This document shows positions 1-8,829 of a DNA stretch of 32,000 bases, piece after piece. A program made the translations under genes and the position numbers. The notes beneath the pieces were generated by a model. It saw only the letters and a list, made by a program, of their open reading frames with translations, had not been told where the DNA came from and did not search any database. This DNA comes from Acaryochloris thomasi RCC1774 (GTDB taxonomy: Bacteria > Cyanobacteriota > Cyanobacteriia > Thermosynechococcales > Thermosynechococcaceae), in assembly GCF_003231495.1 (NCBI RefSeq), contig NZ_PQWO01000016.1, forward strand, positions 70,219-102,218, read 5' to 3'. Each line of letters opens with the position of its first letter. Position 1 is the stretch's first letter.

Positions 1-151
1 TTACCGTAGGCAATGGAAAATCAGCGTAGATTATCCGACCGTTATGCTCGACCTGCTCAGCCTTATCTTTAAGCAAGAGAACTACCGCACGACGCCAGCT
101 CGTGATGTTTAGCGGTTCATAGGATGCATTGAGGACCAGTACTTTGCCCAT
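1..151 (-). CDS. HNH endonuclease family protein, N-terminal part only (gene runs off the left edge)
   Basis: The reverse complement of 1..151 reads from ATG (151..149) as MGKVLVLNASYEPLNITSWRRAVVLLLKDKAEQVEHNGRIIYADFPLPTV, with no stop before the window edge. I associate this N-terminus with the small conserved cyanobacterial HNH endonucleases. The HNH motif itself would lie outside the window. The ORF is absent from the track because it is truncated. Confidence 0.6.
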   Translation of the reverse strand, partial: MGKVLVLNASYEPLNITSWRRAVVLLLKDKAEQVEHNGRIIYADFPLPTV

Positions 152-499
152 CGTGCGTTTTTAAAGGCAATTTGTCCCAGATATTAGCACAGCATGGCCG
201 TTACCGACTGCTTTGTACCTCATTTTGAACAACCCTGATGTCCTCTCTAGCAGTTTCCAAGGGGCAAGCCACTGCGGCTTTTAAGGAGGTCACAACTGAG
301 GCCCAACGGGCCAAAACCGTCTACCCAGGTTCGGTAAATACCCCTTCATGAACGGGGTGAAAGCACCGCAGTATAGGTGAAGGAGACCTGCACGTTGAGG
401 CGGATGCTGTTATGGCCCTCTCAATCTGCTGTTTTCTATAAGCGTCGGCTAAGGCTGCTTAGACAGGCGGATATTTTTAGAAGGAGCTGTAAGCATCCC

Positions 500-2407
500 A
501 TGGCAAAAGTTGTTGGAATCGATTTAGGAACAACCAATTCTTGTGTGGCAGTGATGGAGGGGGGGAAGCCCACTGTTATTGCTAATGCAGAGGGGTTTCG
601 CACGACCCCATCGGTGGTTGCCTTTGCAAAGAATGGCGATCGCCTTGTGGGTCAAATTGCCAAGCGTCAGGCGGTTATGAACCCAGAGAATACTTTTTAT
701 TCTGTGAAGCGGTTCATTGGGCGGCGGCAGGATGAAGTCAATCATGAGACCACCGAAGTCCCTTACAAAATTCTCAACGTCAACGGTAGCGTCAAGCTGG
801 ACTGTCCGGCAGCGGGCAAGCAGTTTGCCCCTGAAGAGATCTCGGCGAATGTCCTGCGCAAGCTTGTGGAAGACGCTAGTAAGTACCTTGGCGAAACCGT
901 AACTCAAGCTGTGATTACGGTTCCTGCTTATTTCAATGACTCCCAACGACAGGCCACGAAAGACGCGGGCAAGATTGCAGGTATCGAAGTTCTTCGCATT
1001 ATCAACGAGCCAACGGCAGCATCTCTGGCCTATGGCTTAGATAAGAAGAGTAATGAAACAATTCTTGTTTTTGACTTGGGTGGTGGTACTTTTGACGTCT
1101 CTGTTCTAGAGGTCGGTGATGGCGTCTTTGAGGTGCTGTCAACATCTGGCGACACACACCTAGGTGGCGATGACTTTGACCAGAAGATTGTGGATTACCT
1201 CGCTGGCGAGTTCCAAAGCTCAGAAGGGATTGATCTGCGCAAGGATAAGCAAGCGCTCCAGCGGCTAACAGAGGCGGCTGAGAAAGCCAAAATCGAGCTG
1301 TCGAGCGTCACTCAAGCGGACATCAACCTGCCGTTCATCACTGCGACTCAAGATGGTCCTAAGCACTTAGATACGACGCTGACGCGAGCCAAGTTTGAAG
1401 AGCTATGCTCTGATCTCATTGATCGCAGCCGCATCCCGGTGGAGAATGCGGTGCGCGACGCCAAAATTGATAAGAGCGCCATTGATGAAGTGGTAATGGT
1501 GGGTGGCTCAACCCGTATTCCTGCGGTCTTAGACACTGTGAAGCGTGTTCTAGATAAGACTCCAAACCAGTCGGTGAACCCGGATGAAGTTGTGGCCGTC
1601 GGCGCTGCGATTCAGGCAGGTGTCCTGGCCGGTGAAGTCAAAGATATTCTGCTCTTAGATGTTTCACCTCTCTCTCTGGGGGTTGAAACGCTGGGTGGTG
1701 TAATGACGAAGCTGATTCCTCGGAACACGACTATCCCCACCAAGAAGTCTGAGGTCTTCTCCACGGCTGTGGACGGTCAGACCAATGTAGAGATTCACGT
1801 TCTCCAAGGAGAGCGGGAAATGGCGACGGATAACAAGAGCTTGGGAACTTTCCGGCTTGATGGAATTCCGGCAGCACCAAGAGGTGTCCCTCAAATTGAG
1901 GTGATCTTTGATATTGATGCTAACGGTATTCTGAACGTTACGGCGAAGGAAAAAGGCACGGGCAAAGAGCAGTCCATTAGCATTACAGGCGCTTCGACGC
2001 TTTCGGACACTGAGGTTGATCAGATGGTTCGGGATGCGGAGACAAATGCCTCGGCTGACCAGGAGCGTCGTGAGAAGATCGAGGTCAAGAATCAGGCCGA
2101 TACGCTTGTCTATCAAGCTCAAAAGCAGATGGAAGAGCTAGGTGACAAGGTTGAAGGACCGGAGAAAGAGAAGGCTGAAGCGTTGGTGACTGATTTGCAA
2201 GATGCGATCGCATCTGAAGACACCGAGCGCATGAAGTCTCTGACCACCGAACTTCAGCAGGCACTGTACGCCATCGGCACTCAGCTCTACCAGCAGGGAG
2301 AAGGTGAAGCACCTCCATCTGACGGTGGCGCAGCTCCAGGACCAGAAGGCGGTAGCGACGATTCCGGTGAAGATGACGTAATTGACGCTGAGTTTTCTGA
2401 GAGCTAA
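500..2407 (+). CDS. dnaK: Molecular chaperone DnaK (Hsp70)
   Basis: Track ORF 377..2407 carries Hsp70 signatures: [26 protein letters not shown], and the acidic tail DDVIDAEF. I moved the start to ATG 500 ([14 protein letters not shown]), which follows AAGGAG at 481..486. The 41 codons upstream from GTG 377 are Arg-rich and do not look like Hsp70. Confidence 0.97.
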   Translation: MAKVVGIDLGTTNSCVAVMEGGKPTVIANAEGFRTTPSVVAFAKNGDRLVGQIAKRQAVMNPENTFYSVKRFIGRRQDEVNHETTEVPYKILNVNGSVKLDCPAAGKQFAPEEISANVLRKLVEDASKYLGETVTQAVITVPAYFNDSQRQATKDAGKIAGIEVLRIINEPTAASLAYGLDKKSNETILVFDLGGGTFDVSVLEVGDGVFEVLSTSGDTHLGGDDFDQKIVDYLAGEFQSSEGIDLRKDKQALQRLTEAAEKAKIELSSVTQADINLPFITATQDGPKHLDTTLTRAKFEELCSDLIDRSRIPVENAVRDAKIDKSAIDEVVMVGGSTRIPAVLDTVKRVLDKTPNQSVNPDEVVAVGAAIQAGVLAGEVKDILLLDVSPLSLGVETLGGVMTKLIPRNTTIPTKKSEVFSTAVDGQTNVEIHVLQGEREMATDNKSLGTFRLDGIPAAPRGVPQIEVIFDIDANGILNVTAKEKGTGKEQSISITGASTLSDTEVDQMVRDAETNASADQERREKIEVKNQADTLVYQAQKQMEELGDKVEGPEKEKAEALVTDLQDAIASEDTERMKSLTTELQQALYAIGTQLYQQGEGEAPPSDGGAAPGPEGGSDDSGEDDVIDAEFSES

Positions 2408-2436
2408 AGCTAGCGAGCATTAGCACCTCACTCCGT

Positions 2437-2470
2437 ATATCCCTCTGCGCTTGGGCAGAGGGATATTTTG
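2437..2470 (+). terminator. Rho-independent terminator downstream of dnaK
   Basis: The stem ATATCCCTCTGC / GCAGAGGGATAT has loop GCTTG and is followed by TTTTG, 30 nt after the dnaK stop. Confidence 0.7.
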
Positions 2471-2543
2471 TTACGGGGTAAAAAGCGCAACCTGTTATTT
2501 ATATAAAGTTTGTTGGGATTATTGTTGAGATTAAAAGCAGGGT

Positions 2544-2559
2544 GCGCTAAATTTAGTGT
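2544..2559. promoter_or_regulatory. Candidate NrdR box upstream of nrdJ
   Basis: GCGCTAAATTTAGTGT is a near-perfect 16-bp palindrome resembling the NrdR-box pattern (acaCwAtATaTwGtgt). It lies 37 to 52 nt upstream of the nrdJ ATG. Confidence 0.4.
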
Positions 2560-2586
2560 TAATTTTCTGACCTTCTGAACGCCTCG

Positions 2587-2602
2587 GCACTAGATATGGT
2601 AC
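2587..2602. promoter_or_regulatory. Weaker second NrdR-like box overlapping the nrdJ start codon
   Basis: GCACTAGATATGGTAC partly matches the same pattern. Its centre is about 43 bp from the first box, roughly four helical turns. The match is degenerate. Confidence 0.2.
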
Positions 2603-5600
2603 TTGCACAATCCCCAACGTCTGAACTGAGCGAATCCCAAAGAGCCGTTTTGCAGAAATATCTGATCAATGGTGAAACATCTTGGGAGGCAGTCGCCCAG
2701 CGTGTCGCTCGATTTGTGGCTAGCGCCGAACCGACACCCGAGCTTCAGCAAACCTGGGAGCAGAAATTTCTCTCCATCCTGCTACCCATGAAGTTTGTGC
2801 CCGGAGGGTCCATCCTGGCAAACTCAGACCACGGCACCCACGGGATGCTCAACTGCTTTGTTTTGTCCTCCGAAGATCATATCCATGACATCACCAAGCT
2901 AGTCTCCGATTCAGTTTTGACCACCAAATTCCGGGGCGGCGTTGGCATCAACATCGGTGCAGAAGGCGACAAAGGCTACATTCGTCCCAAGGGTGCGCCC
3001 TTCCAAGATGGCAAAGCCCTTGGTCCCTGCGCTGTTCTAGATATGGTGTCCGAGAACTCCAAGAAAATCACCACAGGCAACAAAGCCCGCCGCGGTGCCT
3101 TCCTATTCTCAATGAACTGGCGTCATCCAGATGTCTGGGAATTCATTCAGGCGAAGACCCAGTCCACTATCGACGCCAATCTCGTCAAAGGCATCATCGA
3201 AGAAATGGCGCAGTTAACGCTCAGTGATGAGCCTGCCGCCGAAAAGCAAGCGAAATTGACTGCTCTGCAAAACCAGTTGGGTACAGCCTGGGTCGAGACC
3301 CACCTCAACCCCGAAGGAAAACGCGATCGCAGATGGCACAACGCCAACATCTCAGTACAGCTCGACGACGAGTTCTTTGAAAAGCTCGACCAAGGAGACG
3401 AAGAAGCCCAGAAGCTGTGGCACACAATGGCACAGAATGCCCACGACACCGCTGATCCGGGCCTGCTTTTGATTGATAACGCCAAACGTCGCAGCCCCAT
3501 TCGAGATTTTGTCACCTGCACAAACCCCTGCGTCACAGCCAATACCTGGATCCACACCGGAGAGGGAGCACGCCAAGTCAAAGATTTAGTTGGCATCCAG
3601 CACAGCACTTACGTTAATGGCGAGCTGTTTAGCACTACGCGTGAAGGCTTTTGGGCCACAGGCGACAAACCTGTCTTTCGGTTGCAGACTCAGGAAGGTT
3701 ACCACCTACGGTTGACCGGAAATCACCGAGTCTTGAAGGTCACAGCCCAGACCCGACGGCGTCAATATACAGAGTGGGTAACAGCAGACGCTCTAGAGGC
3801 AGGCGATCGCATCCTTCTCCACAACCACCGTCAGATTTCCCCTTGGCAAGGTGCAGGAACGCAGAACGAAGGCTGGCTTTTAGGAAGCTTAGTGGGCGAC
3901 GGTACCTTTGCAAATAATGCCTCTGGGGCAATGCAGGGCATTCTGGCATTCTGGGGCGAGCATCATCAGCCCATGCTCAATCACGCAGTTACGCTGCTCA
4001 ATCAAATTGACTGTACAAGCTCCTTTGGCCGTTCCTATGCCGTGGCAGGAACCTGCACTCAGCAGAAACAGAAGGGCGTTGTCTCGACCGTTCGCTTAGC
4101 GAGGTTGGCTCAGACCTTTGGAATTAAACCCGGCCACAAAACCATAACGACCGCTGTCGAACAGGCCAGCTACGCTTTCTATCAAGGATTCCTACAGGGA
4201 CTTTTTGATGCCGACGGAAGCGTCCAGGGGAACCAAGCAAAGGGCGTGAGCCTGCGTCTGGCACAAAGTGATTTACCGCTTTTAGAAGCAGTACAGCGCA
4301 TGCTTCTCAGGATGGGAATCGCTTCCACCGTTTATGCTCAGCGCCGAGAGGCACAGGAGCGTCTACTACCCAACGGTCAAGGAGGAACTGCTCTCTACGC
4401 CTGTAAGGCTCAGCACGAGCTAGTCATCGCAGGAAATAATATCCAGCAATTCGCAGAACAGATAGGCTTTCAGGATCCAGACAAAGCGGCAAAATTGAAC
4501 ACTGTTCTCGCAACTTACGTCCGCACACCCAATCGAGAGCGATTCGCGGTTACCGTCACATCACTAACCCCCGACGGTATCGAGACCGTCTATGACTGCA
4601 CCGTCCCTGGTCCGGCCTGCTTTGATGCCAATGGTCTAGTCGCCCATAACTGCGGAGAAATTTTCCTGCCGCCAAATTCTGCCTGCAACCTCGGCTCCCT
4701 GGTTCTTACTAAGTTTGTACACCGTGACGAGCAGGGCGAGATCAACGTTGATTGGGATGATTTAGCTGAAACCGTCGGAATTTCAATTCGCTTTCTTGAT
4801 AACGTATTGAGCGTCTCTGAGTTTGCCACCCCGGATCAGAAAGAGAACGTCACCAACGTCTTTCGTCAGTTGGGCCTAGGAATAATGGGCTGGGCTGACT
4901 ATCTGAAACTGGCCCGGATTCCCTATGACTCTCAAGAACATCTCGAAGCCATTGACCACTGGGGAAGCTGGATTGCTAACCATGCCTACCGGGCCTCAGA
5001 AACCATTGCAGCAGAAAAGAGTCCCTGCGGTGTATGGTCACAAATCAAAGACGTTAAGACCGGCAACCCCTTTGAAATGTGGGTTGATAGTGAAGGCAAC
5101 CACTACAATGGTGCCGAAGTGCTGGAGAGTGATCGCCAAGATCTAGCGCAAGTCCCTCGCCGGAACGCCACCGTACTTTCCATCGCCCCCACCGGCAGCA
5201 TTGCGCAGCTAGCAGCCTGCTCCTGGGCCTTTGAACCTGACTTCGGCCTCACCCTCTGGAAACAAGTCTTTGTGGACGCCTCTAAGAATGAGCAGAACTG
5301 GGTCCAAATCCTCAACCCCTATCTTGATGAGCTGGATCTATCTGACGCGGATGCTGAGATCGTCAAGCAAACGGGTTCCCTCGCAGGTACTCAATATGCG
5401 ACAGCACATCCAGACGTTACTGGCAGCTTCAAGATTGCCCGTGAAATTCCACCCGGCTGGCATATCATTGTCCAGTCAAAATGGCAGGACTGGATTGACT
5501 CTTCCATTTCTAAAACCATTAATCTCCCGGCTCAGGCAACCGTCGAAGAGATCAAACAAATCTATCGCTTAGCAGAGAAAGCCGGACTCAAAGGTGTTAC

Positions 5601-5676
5601 CATCTATCGATCTGGGACCCTAGACTCTGAACCGATTAAGGTGGGTGAAGCCGAAAAATCAGAGGAGACGGCTTGA
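2596..5676 (+). CDS. nrdJ: Class II (adenosylcobalamin-dependent) ribonucleotide reductase catalytic chain, containing an intein
   Basis: Track ORF of 1026 aa. The class II active-site finger TNPCGEI is present but split: ...FVTCTNP | C-VTANTW...LVAHN | CGEIFLPPNSACNLGSL. Other RNR-like blocks include GGVGINIG, PRRNATVLSIAPTGSI, SKTINLP and KGVTIYRSGT. Removing the intein leaves a 652-aa extein. Confidence 0.93.
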   Translation: MVLAQSPTSELSESQRAVLQKYLINGETSWEAVAQRVARFVASAEPTPELQQTWEQKFLSILLPMKFVPGGSILANSDHGTHGMLNCFVLSSEDHIHDITKLVSDSVLTTKFRGGVGINIGAEGDKGYIRPKGAPFQDGKALGPCAVLDMVSENSKKITTGNKARRGAFLFSMNWRHPDVWEFIQAKTQSTIDANLVKGIIEEMAQLTLSDEPAAEKQAKLTALQNQLGTAWVETHLNPEGKRDRRWHNANISVQLDDEFFEKLDQGDEEAQKLWHTMAQNAHDTADPGLLLIDNAKRRSPIRDFVTCTNPCVTANTWIHTGEGARQVKDLVGIQHSTYVNGELFSTTREGFWATGDKPVFRLQTQEGYHLRLTGNHRVLKVTAQTRRRQYTEWVTADALEAGDRILLHNHRQISPWQGAGTQNEGWLLGSLVGDGTFANNASGAMQGILAFWGEHHQPMLNHAVTLLNQIDCTSSFGRSYAVAGTCTQQKQKGVVSTVRLARLAQTFGIKPGHKTITTAVEQASYAFYQGFLQGLFDADGSVQGNQAKGVSLRLAQSDLPLLEAVQRMLLRMGIASTVYAQRREAQERLLPNGQGGTALYACKAQHELVIAGNNIQQFAEQIGFQDPDKAAKLNTVLATYVRTPNRERFAVTVTSLTPDGIETVYDCTVPGPACFDANGLVAHNCGEIFLPPNSACNLGSLVLTKFVHRDEQGEINVDWDDLAETVGISIRFLDNVLSVSEFATPDQKENVTNVFRQLGLGIMGWADYLKLARIPYDSQEHLEAIDHWGSWIANHAYRASETIAAEKSPCGVWSQIKDVKTGNPFEMWVDSEGNHYNGAEVLESDRQDLAQVPRRNATVLSIAPTGSIAQLAACSWAFEPDFGLTLWKQVFVDASKNEQNWVQILNPYLDELDLSDADAEIVKQTGSLAGTQYATAHPDVTGSFKIAREIPPGWHIIVQSKWQDWIDSSISKTINLPAQATVEEIKQIYRLAEKAGLKGVTIYRSGTLDSEPIKVGEAEKSEETA
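3529..4650 (+). mobile_element. Intein (374 aa) with LAGLIDADG homing-endonuclease domain inside nrdJ
   Basis: - N-terminal Cys1 block: CVTANTWIHTGEG.
- Block B T-x-x-H: LRLTGNHRVL.
- Two LAGLIDADG motifs: WLLGSLVGDGTF and FLQGLFDADGSV.
- C-terminal block: VYDCTVPG...NGLVAHN, followed by +1 Cys (CGEI).
- The segment is in frame: both (3529-2596) and (4651-2596) are divisible by 3. Confidence 0.9.
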
Positions 5677-5738
5677 GATGGCGGCGGAGAGATCTTTAAT
5701 CTTCCGTCGCTCCTCACCACCGCTACCAAGGAAAAATC

Positions 5739-6878
5739 ATGGCTCGCAAAGGAAAAATCATGGCGCACACTGACAAGCTCCTGAGTCTAGCTGACCAGTT
5801 TCCCCAGGCATTTTCAGATACGATCAAGCCTTTGACGCCTCCAGAGGCCCAGAACTCATCTCAGACATCACAAGAAGAGACTCTGGTTGTTGATCCCAGC
5901 AGCAGCGAGTCGGCAGTCTCTACCGATAGCCAGACTTCTGATATCGAAGCAGGGGGGGCTACGCCTGAACCGACCGCAGAAGATCGGCAACCATTCCAGC
6001 AATCCACGCTAAGCCAGCCATTCCCCACTCAGTTCCTGGCTCTTATGCAGGAGTTTCCTCACGCTTTCGCAGACACATCGGAAGCCCCGCGCCCCAGCAA
6101 TGACGAGCCGTCAGGAGCCGTTTCTCTGTCGGCAGAAACAGCCGCCGACTCAGATGGCTCAGAGCAGAGGAACGCGATCGGCGCGACTTCCGAGCCATCT
6201 CTCAGCACTGCATCATCTCTACCGCCAGGGGACTATGACCAGGCACTCCAACGCCACATTTCCACCTTCACATGGGGGGAAGTCCAAATCTTTCTCACCT
6301 ATAGCCCGCAAGAACTGCGCTCTATTTGGGTGACGGTTGGTAAGTCAGGAACTGAAGTGCAGTCCCTGTGTGAAGCTATCTCACGGCTGATTAACTTGTT
6401 GCTTGAAAAACAGACGCCTATCCCTGAAATTTGTCGCCAGATCAGAGGCATTCGTGGCGCTGATTCCGAAGGATTAGGTCCGAATCGCATTCTGGGGCTT
6501 GCTGACTTAATCGGAAAAGCTCTGCATGAGGCACCCGCAAGACTATCTCCGGCAAGTGCGGCAGACGCTAACGAAGCTTCGACGCTCACACCGGACCATT
6601 CAGGCGACATTACTCACGAGTCAGCCTCTATCAACAGCAGTCCAGCCCAGTCAGAACCAGTTACGGCTACGAACGCAAGTCCAAGTGGAAACGGAACACC
6701 AACCGTGCCCCTTTCCTTGCCCGCAGTAGAAGTGCTACAGACAGCAGCGACCTGGAGCATACCAGAGGTCGGCAACTTAACAGCCATGCTGTGTCCAGAA
6801 TGCAGCGCTGAGCTGCATCATATGAACGGCTGCTCGGGAGGCGCTTGTCCAGTTTGTGGCTACAGCAGCTGTAGCTGA
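5739..6878 (+). CDS. Stand-alone NrdJ C-terminal-module-like protein (NrdJb-like): TSCPD-like segment plus C-terminal Cys4 zinc ribbon, embedded in long low-complexity regions
   Basis: - aa ~166-263 (nt ~6234..6527) read RHISTFTWGEVQIFLTYSPQELRSIWVTVGKSGTEVQSLCEAISRLINLLLEKQTPIPEICRQIRGIRGADSEGLGPNRILGLADLIGKAL. This follows the pattern of the TSCPD region found at the C-terminus of many class II RNRs.
- The C-terminus CPECSAELHHMNGCSGGACPVCGYSSCS (nt 6792..6875) is a CxxC...CxxC ribbon.
- The ORF lies directly downstream of nrdJ, in a different frame.
- An alternative ATG at 5760 has an identical RBS context. Confidence 0.6.
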   Translation: MARKGKIMAHTDKLLSLADQFPQAFSDTIKPLTPPEAQNSSQTSQEETLVVDPSSSESAVSTDSQTSDIEAGGATPEPTAEDRQPFQQSTLSQPFPTQFLALMQEFPHAFADTSEAPRPSNDEPSGAVSLSAETAADSDGSEQRNAIGATSEPSLSTASSLPPGDYDQALQRHISTFTWGEVQIFLTYSPQELRSIWVTVGKSGTEVQSLCEAISRLINLLLEKQTPIPEICRQIRGIRGADSEGLGPNRILGLADLIGKALHEAPARLSPASAADANEASTLTPDHSGDITHESASINSSPAQSEPVTATNASPSGNGTPTVPLSLPAVEVLQTAATWSIPEVGNLTAMLCPECSAELHHMNGCSGGACPVCGYSSCS

Positions 6879-7291
6879 CGATGGGTCAAACAAAAAAGTA
6901 AGACAGAATTGGCATCTCATCGTTGAAGAAACACTGCCAAAAGGTATATTCTCACCATTTTATAATCAAAAAAAGCAATTGAAGCTGTTTTTCCCATAAG
7001 CTCAACTAATCCTTTAGGTAATTGTACTTGTCTGTTGTCAGGCTGGTGTGACAATGGGTTGGGCATGCTTGAGCCTATTCATCTGCAATATTAGACTGCG
7101 TTCGATCAGCGATTGAGGGATCCTTGTCCGAGAATATGCGGATTCCAAAATCAAAATCGGCATGGTAGGTTAATTAAGTTCTGTTAAGGAAGCACGAAAT
7201 CGTAACGAGTACAGAGTTCCTCGCCACTTGATGTTGTCAGTGTCGAGTGCAAGGTGCCCTTGATTGCAGAAATGCCCTCTATTGCAGAAAT

Positions 7292-8278
7292 ATGAAAACT
7301 AAACCTATATTGACTGGCCTTGCTTCGGCCCTCGTTGTCTCAGTTGTTTGCGCCCTATCAGTTAGTCAGGCAAGTGAGCAGACTGGCGAAGCATTACAGC
7401 CTGAGCAAGGCGAGGCTACGGTTACTCAATCTGAGCCTGAATCTGAGACAACGGTTCCAGAATCGAGTGTAGAGAAAGTCGGAGAAGTTGAAGCTGAAGC
7501 CACTGAGGCTTCTCTAACTCAGCTCTACAGTCATGAAATATTAGGTAAGTCAGCGGTTACGCTTTACGTTAAAGATATCCCTGTCGTCACGTTTCTCGGG
7601 GACAGTTCAAAAGCAAAGGCTGCGGCAGGAACAAAGGTTGCTGGTGATGCCTCTATTGACGAGACAAAAGATCCGATGTGGCGCGCCACTACAGTCGCTG
7701 CCAAGATCAATCAATTTCAGCAGTCTGGGGCTAACGCTGATCTTGTACGCGTAATTTGGGATAAAAAGCAAAAAACCTACGTCATCCGGGTGCAGGATGA
7801 GCAACTGCTGGCGATCAATCAAGAGACGATTCTGCCAAAAACCACGAAAGATGTTGCAGAAGATGCGCTCAAAATCACCAACCTCCTACGCAGGCAGCTA
7901 GGAGAGGACAAGGCACTGACCGATATTCCTGGTCGTCCGAAGCCTAAGATTGCCAAGGCCGCCAAGAACAAAAATGCTGCTGTACGCTATCAGCTCAGTG
8001 GTCAGGCTTCTTGGTACGGCGGTTACTTTCATGGTCGTAAGACGGCTAGTGGTGAGCGATATAATCAAAATGCTTTGACTGCAGCCCACAAGACTCTAAG
8101 ATTTGGAACTCGCGTACGGGTGACAAACCTTAATAATGGCCGCTCTGTGGTGGTTCGCATCAATGACCGGGGGCCCTTTGTCAGGGGGCGGATTATTGAT
8201 ATGTCTCGAAAAGGGGCACAGGCCATCGGCCTGACAGGAAGCGGCGTTGCTCCCGTCAGAGTCGACGTATTGAAATAA
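7292..8278 (+). CDS. rlpA: RlpA-family (double-psi beta-barrel) septal-ring lytic transglycosylase-like lipoprotein
   Basis: The C-terminal block GQASWYGGYFHGRKTASGERYNQNALTAAHKTLRFGTRVRVTNLNNGRSVVVRINDRGPFVRGRIIDMSRKGAQAIG is a classic RlpA DPBB domain. I set the start at ATG 7292 (MKTKPILTGLASALVVSVVCALS, a signal peptide) rather than the track start at 7247. Confidence 0.85.
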   Translation: MKTKPILTGLASALVVSVVCALSVSQASEQTGEALQPEQGEATVTQSEPESETTVPESSVEKVGEVEAEATEASLTQLYSHEILGKSAVTLYVKDIPVVTFLGDSSKAKAAAGTKVAGDASIDETKDPMWRATTVAAKINQFQQSGANADLVRVIWDKKQKTYVIRVQDEQLLAINQETILPKTTKDVAEDALKITNLLRRQLGEDKALTDIPGRPKPKIAKAAKNKNAAVRYQLSGQASWYGGYFHGRKTASGERYNQNALTAAHKTLRFGTRVRVTNLNNGRSVVVRINDRGPFVRGRIIDMSRKGAQAIGLTGSGVAPVRVDVLK

Positions 8279-8468
8279 ACTCTTTCTCAATATCCATGAG
8301 GCGCAAGGCTCCTGACAGCTCAGTCGGGAGCCTTGCTCATAGAAAGTCCATCACTGCGGTTCTGTCACTCAATTAAAATAAGAGAAGCAAAATCTAGAGG
8401 CCCAAAGCCAAAGCAGGCTAGATTGAGCAACAGTTGCAACACGTCGTGCACATGGAGCATCTCAGTTA

Positions 8469-8807
8469 ATGAGCGAGTTCGGCAATGATCCAAAGCAGGC
8501 AGCCCCGGAACCGGAGGTCGATTCCACGGTGGAGCCAGAGGCCAGTGCTAAAACGAGTATCGAAGAGTTTTTCGTAAATGCGAATACGGTGACGACCCGC
8601 GTCAGGGAACTGCTCCGAGAGGGCAACGTTCGCCAGATTGTCATCAAAACTGAGGCGGGACGCCCGTTTTTCAAGATTCCTTTTACTGTGGGCTTTATCG
8701 GTGGTACGTTGGGTTTAATGATGTCTCCTCTACTCATAACGTCTGTGGCTGCGCTAGGAGTACTGGCTGGACGCTTAACCCTGGTTGTTGAAAAGAATAT
8801 AGACTAA
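8469..8807 (+). CDS. Small conserved protein, DUF4342-like
   Basis: 112 aa. The pattern ...ELLREGNVRQIVIKTEAGRPFFKIPFTVGFIGGTLGLMMSPLL... followed by a hydrophobic tail matches what I recall for DUF4342. Confidence 0.45.
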   Translation: MSEFGNDPKQAAPEPEVDSTVEPEASAKTSIEEFFVNANTVTTRVRELLREGNVRQIVIKTEAGRPFFKIPFTVGFIGGTLGLMMSPLLITSVAALGVLAGRLTLVVEKNID

Positions 8808-8829
8808 TCCGCCTCTAGAACTCTGCACT

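Noticed and set aside
181-215. A CIRCE-like heat-shock operator upstream of dnaK (TTAGCAC at ~184).
   Set aside because: Only the left half-site is present. No GAGTGCTAA partner lies 9 nt downstream.
377-499. A 41-codon N-terminal extension of dnaK from GTG 377, as given in the ORF track.
   Set aside because: The extension is Arg-rich and unlike Hsp70. ATG 500 gives the canonical [15 protein letters not shown]-terminus and has an AAGGAG Shine-Dalgarno sequence 13 nt upstream.
2471-2595. A cobalamin riboswitch in the nrdJ leader.
   Set aside because: I see no B12-box-like core or extended conserved helices. The leader is short and AT-rich, and B12 riboswitches are not expected in front of the B12-dependent enzyme itself.
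524-5572. Many antisense or alternate-frame track ORFs inside dnaK and nrdJ (e.g. 524..946 minus, 1664..2122 minus, 2085..2426 minus, 3147..3608 minus, 5231..5572 plus).
   Set aside because: They lie wholly inside strongly supported genes. Their compositions are Arg/Ser/Cys-rich and low in complexity, as is typical of off-frame translation of GC-rich coding DNA.
8303-8336. The hairpin GCAAGGCTCC...GGAGCCTTGC after rlpA, as a possible intrinsic terminator.
   Set aside because: The 10-bp stem is good, but the loop is 14 nt and no U-tract follows. I left it uncalled.
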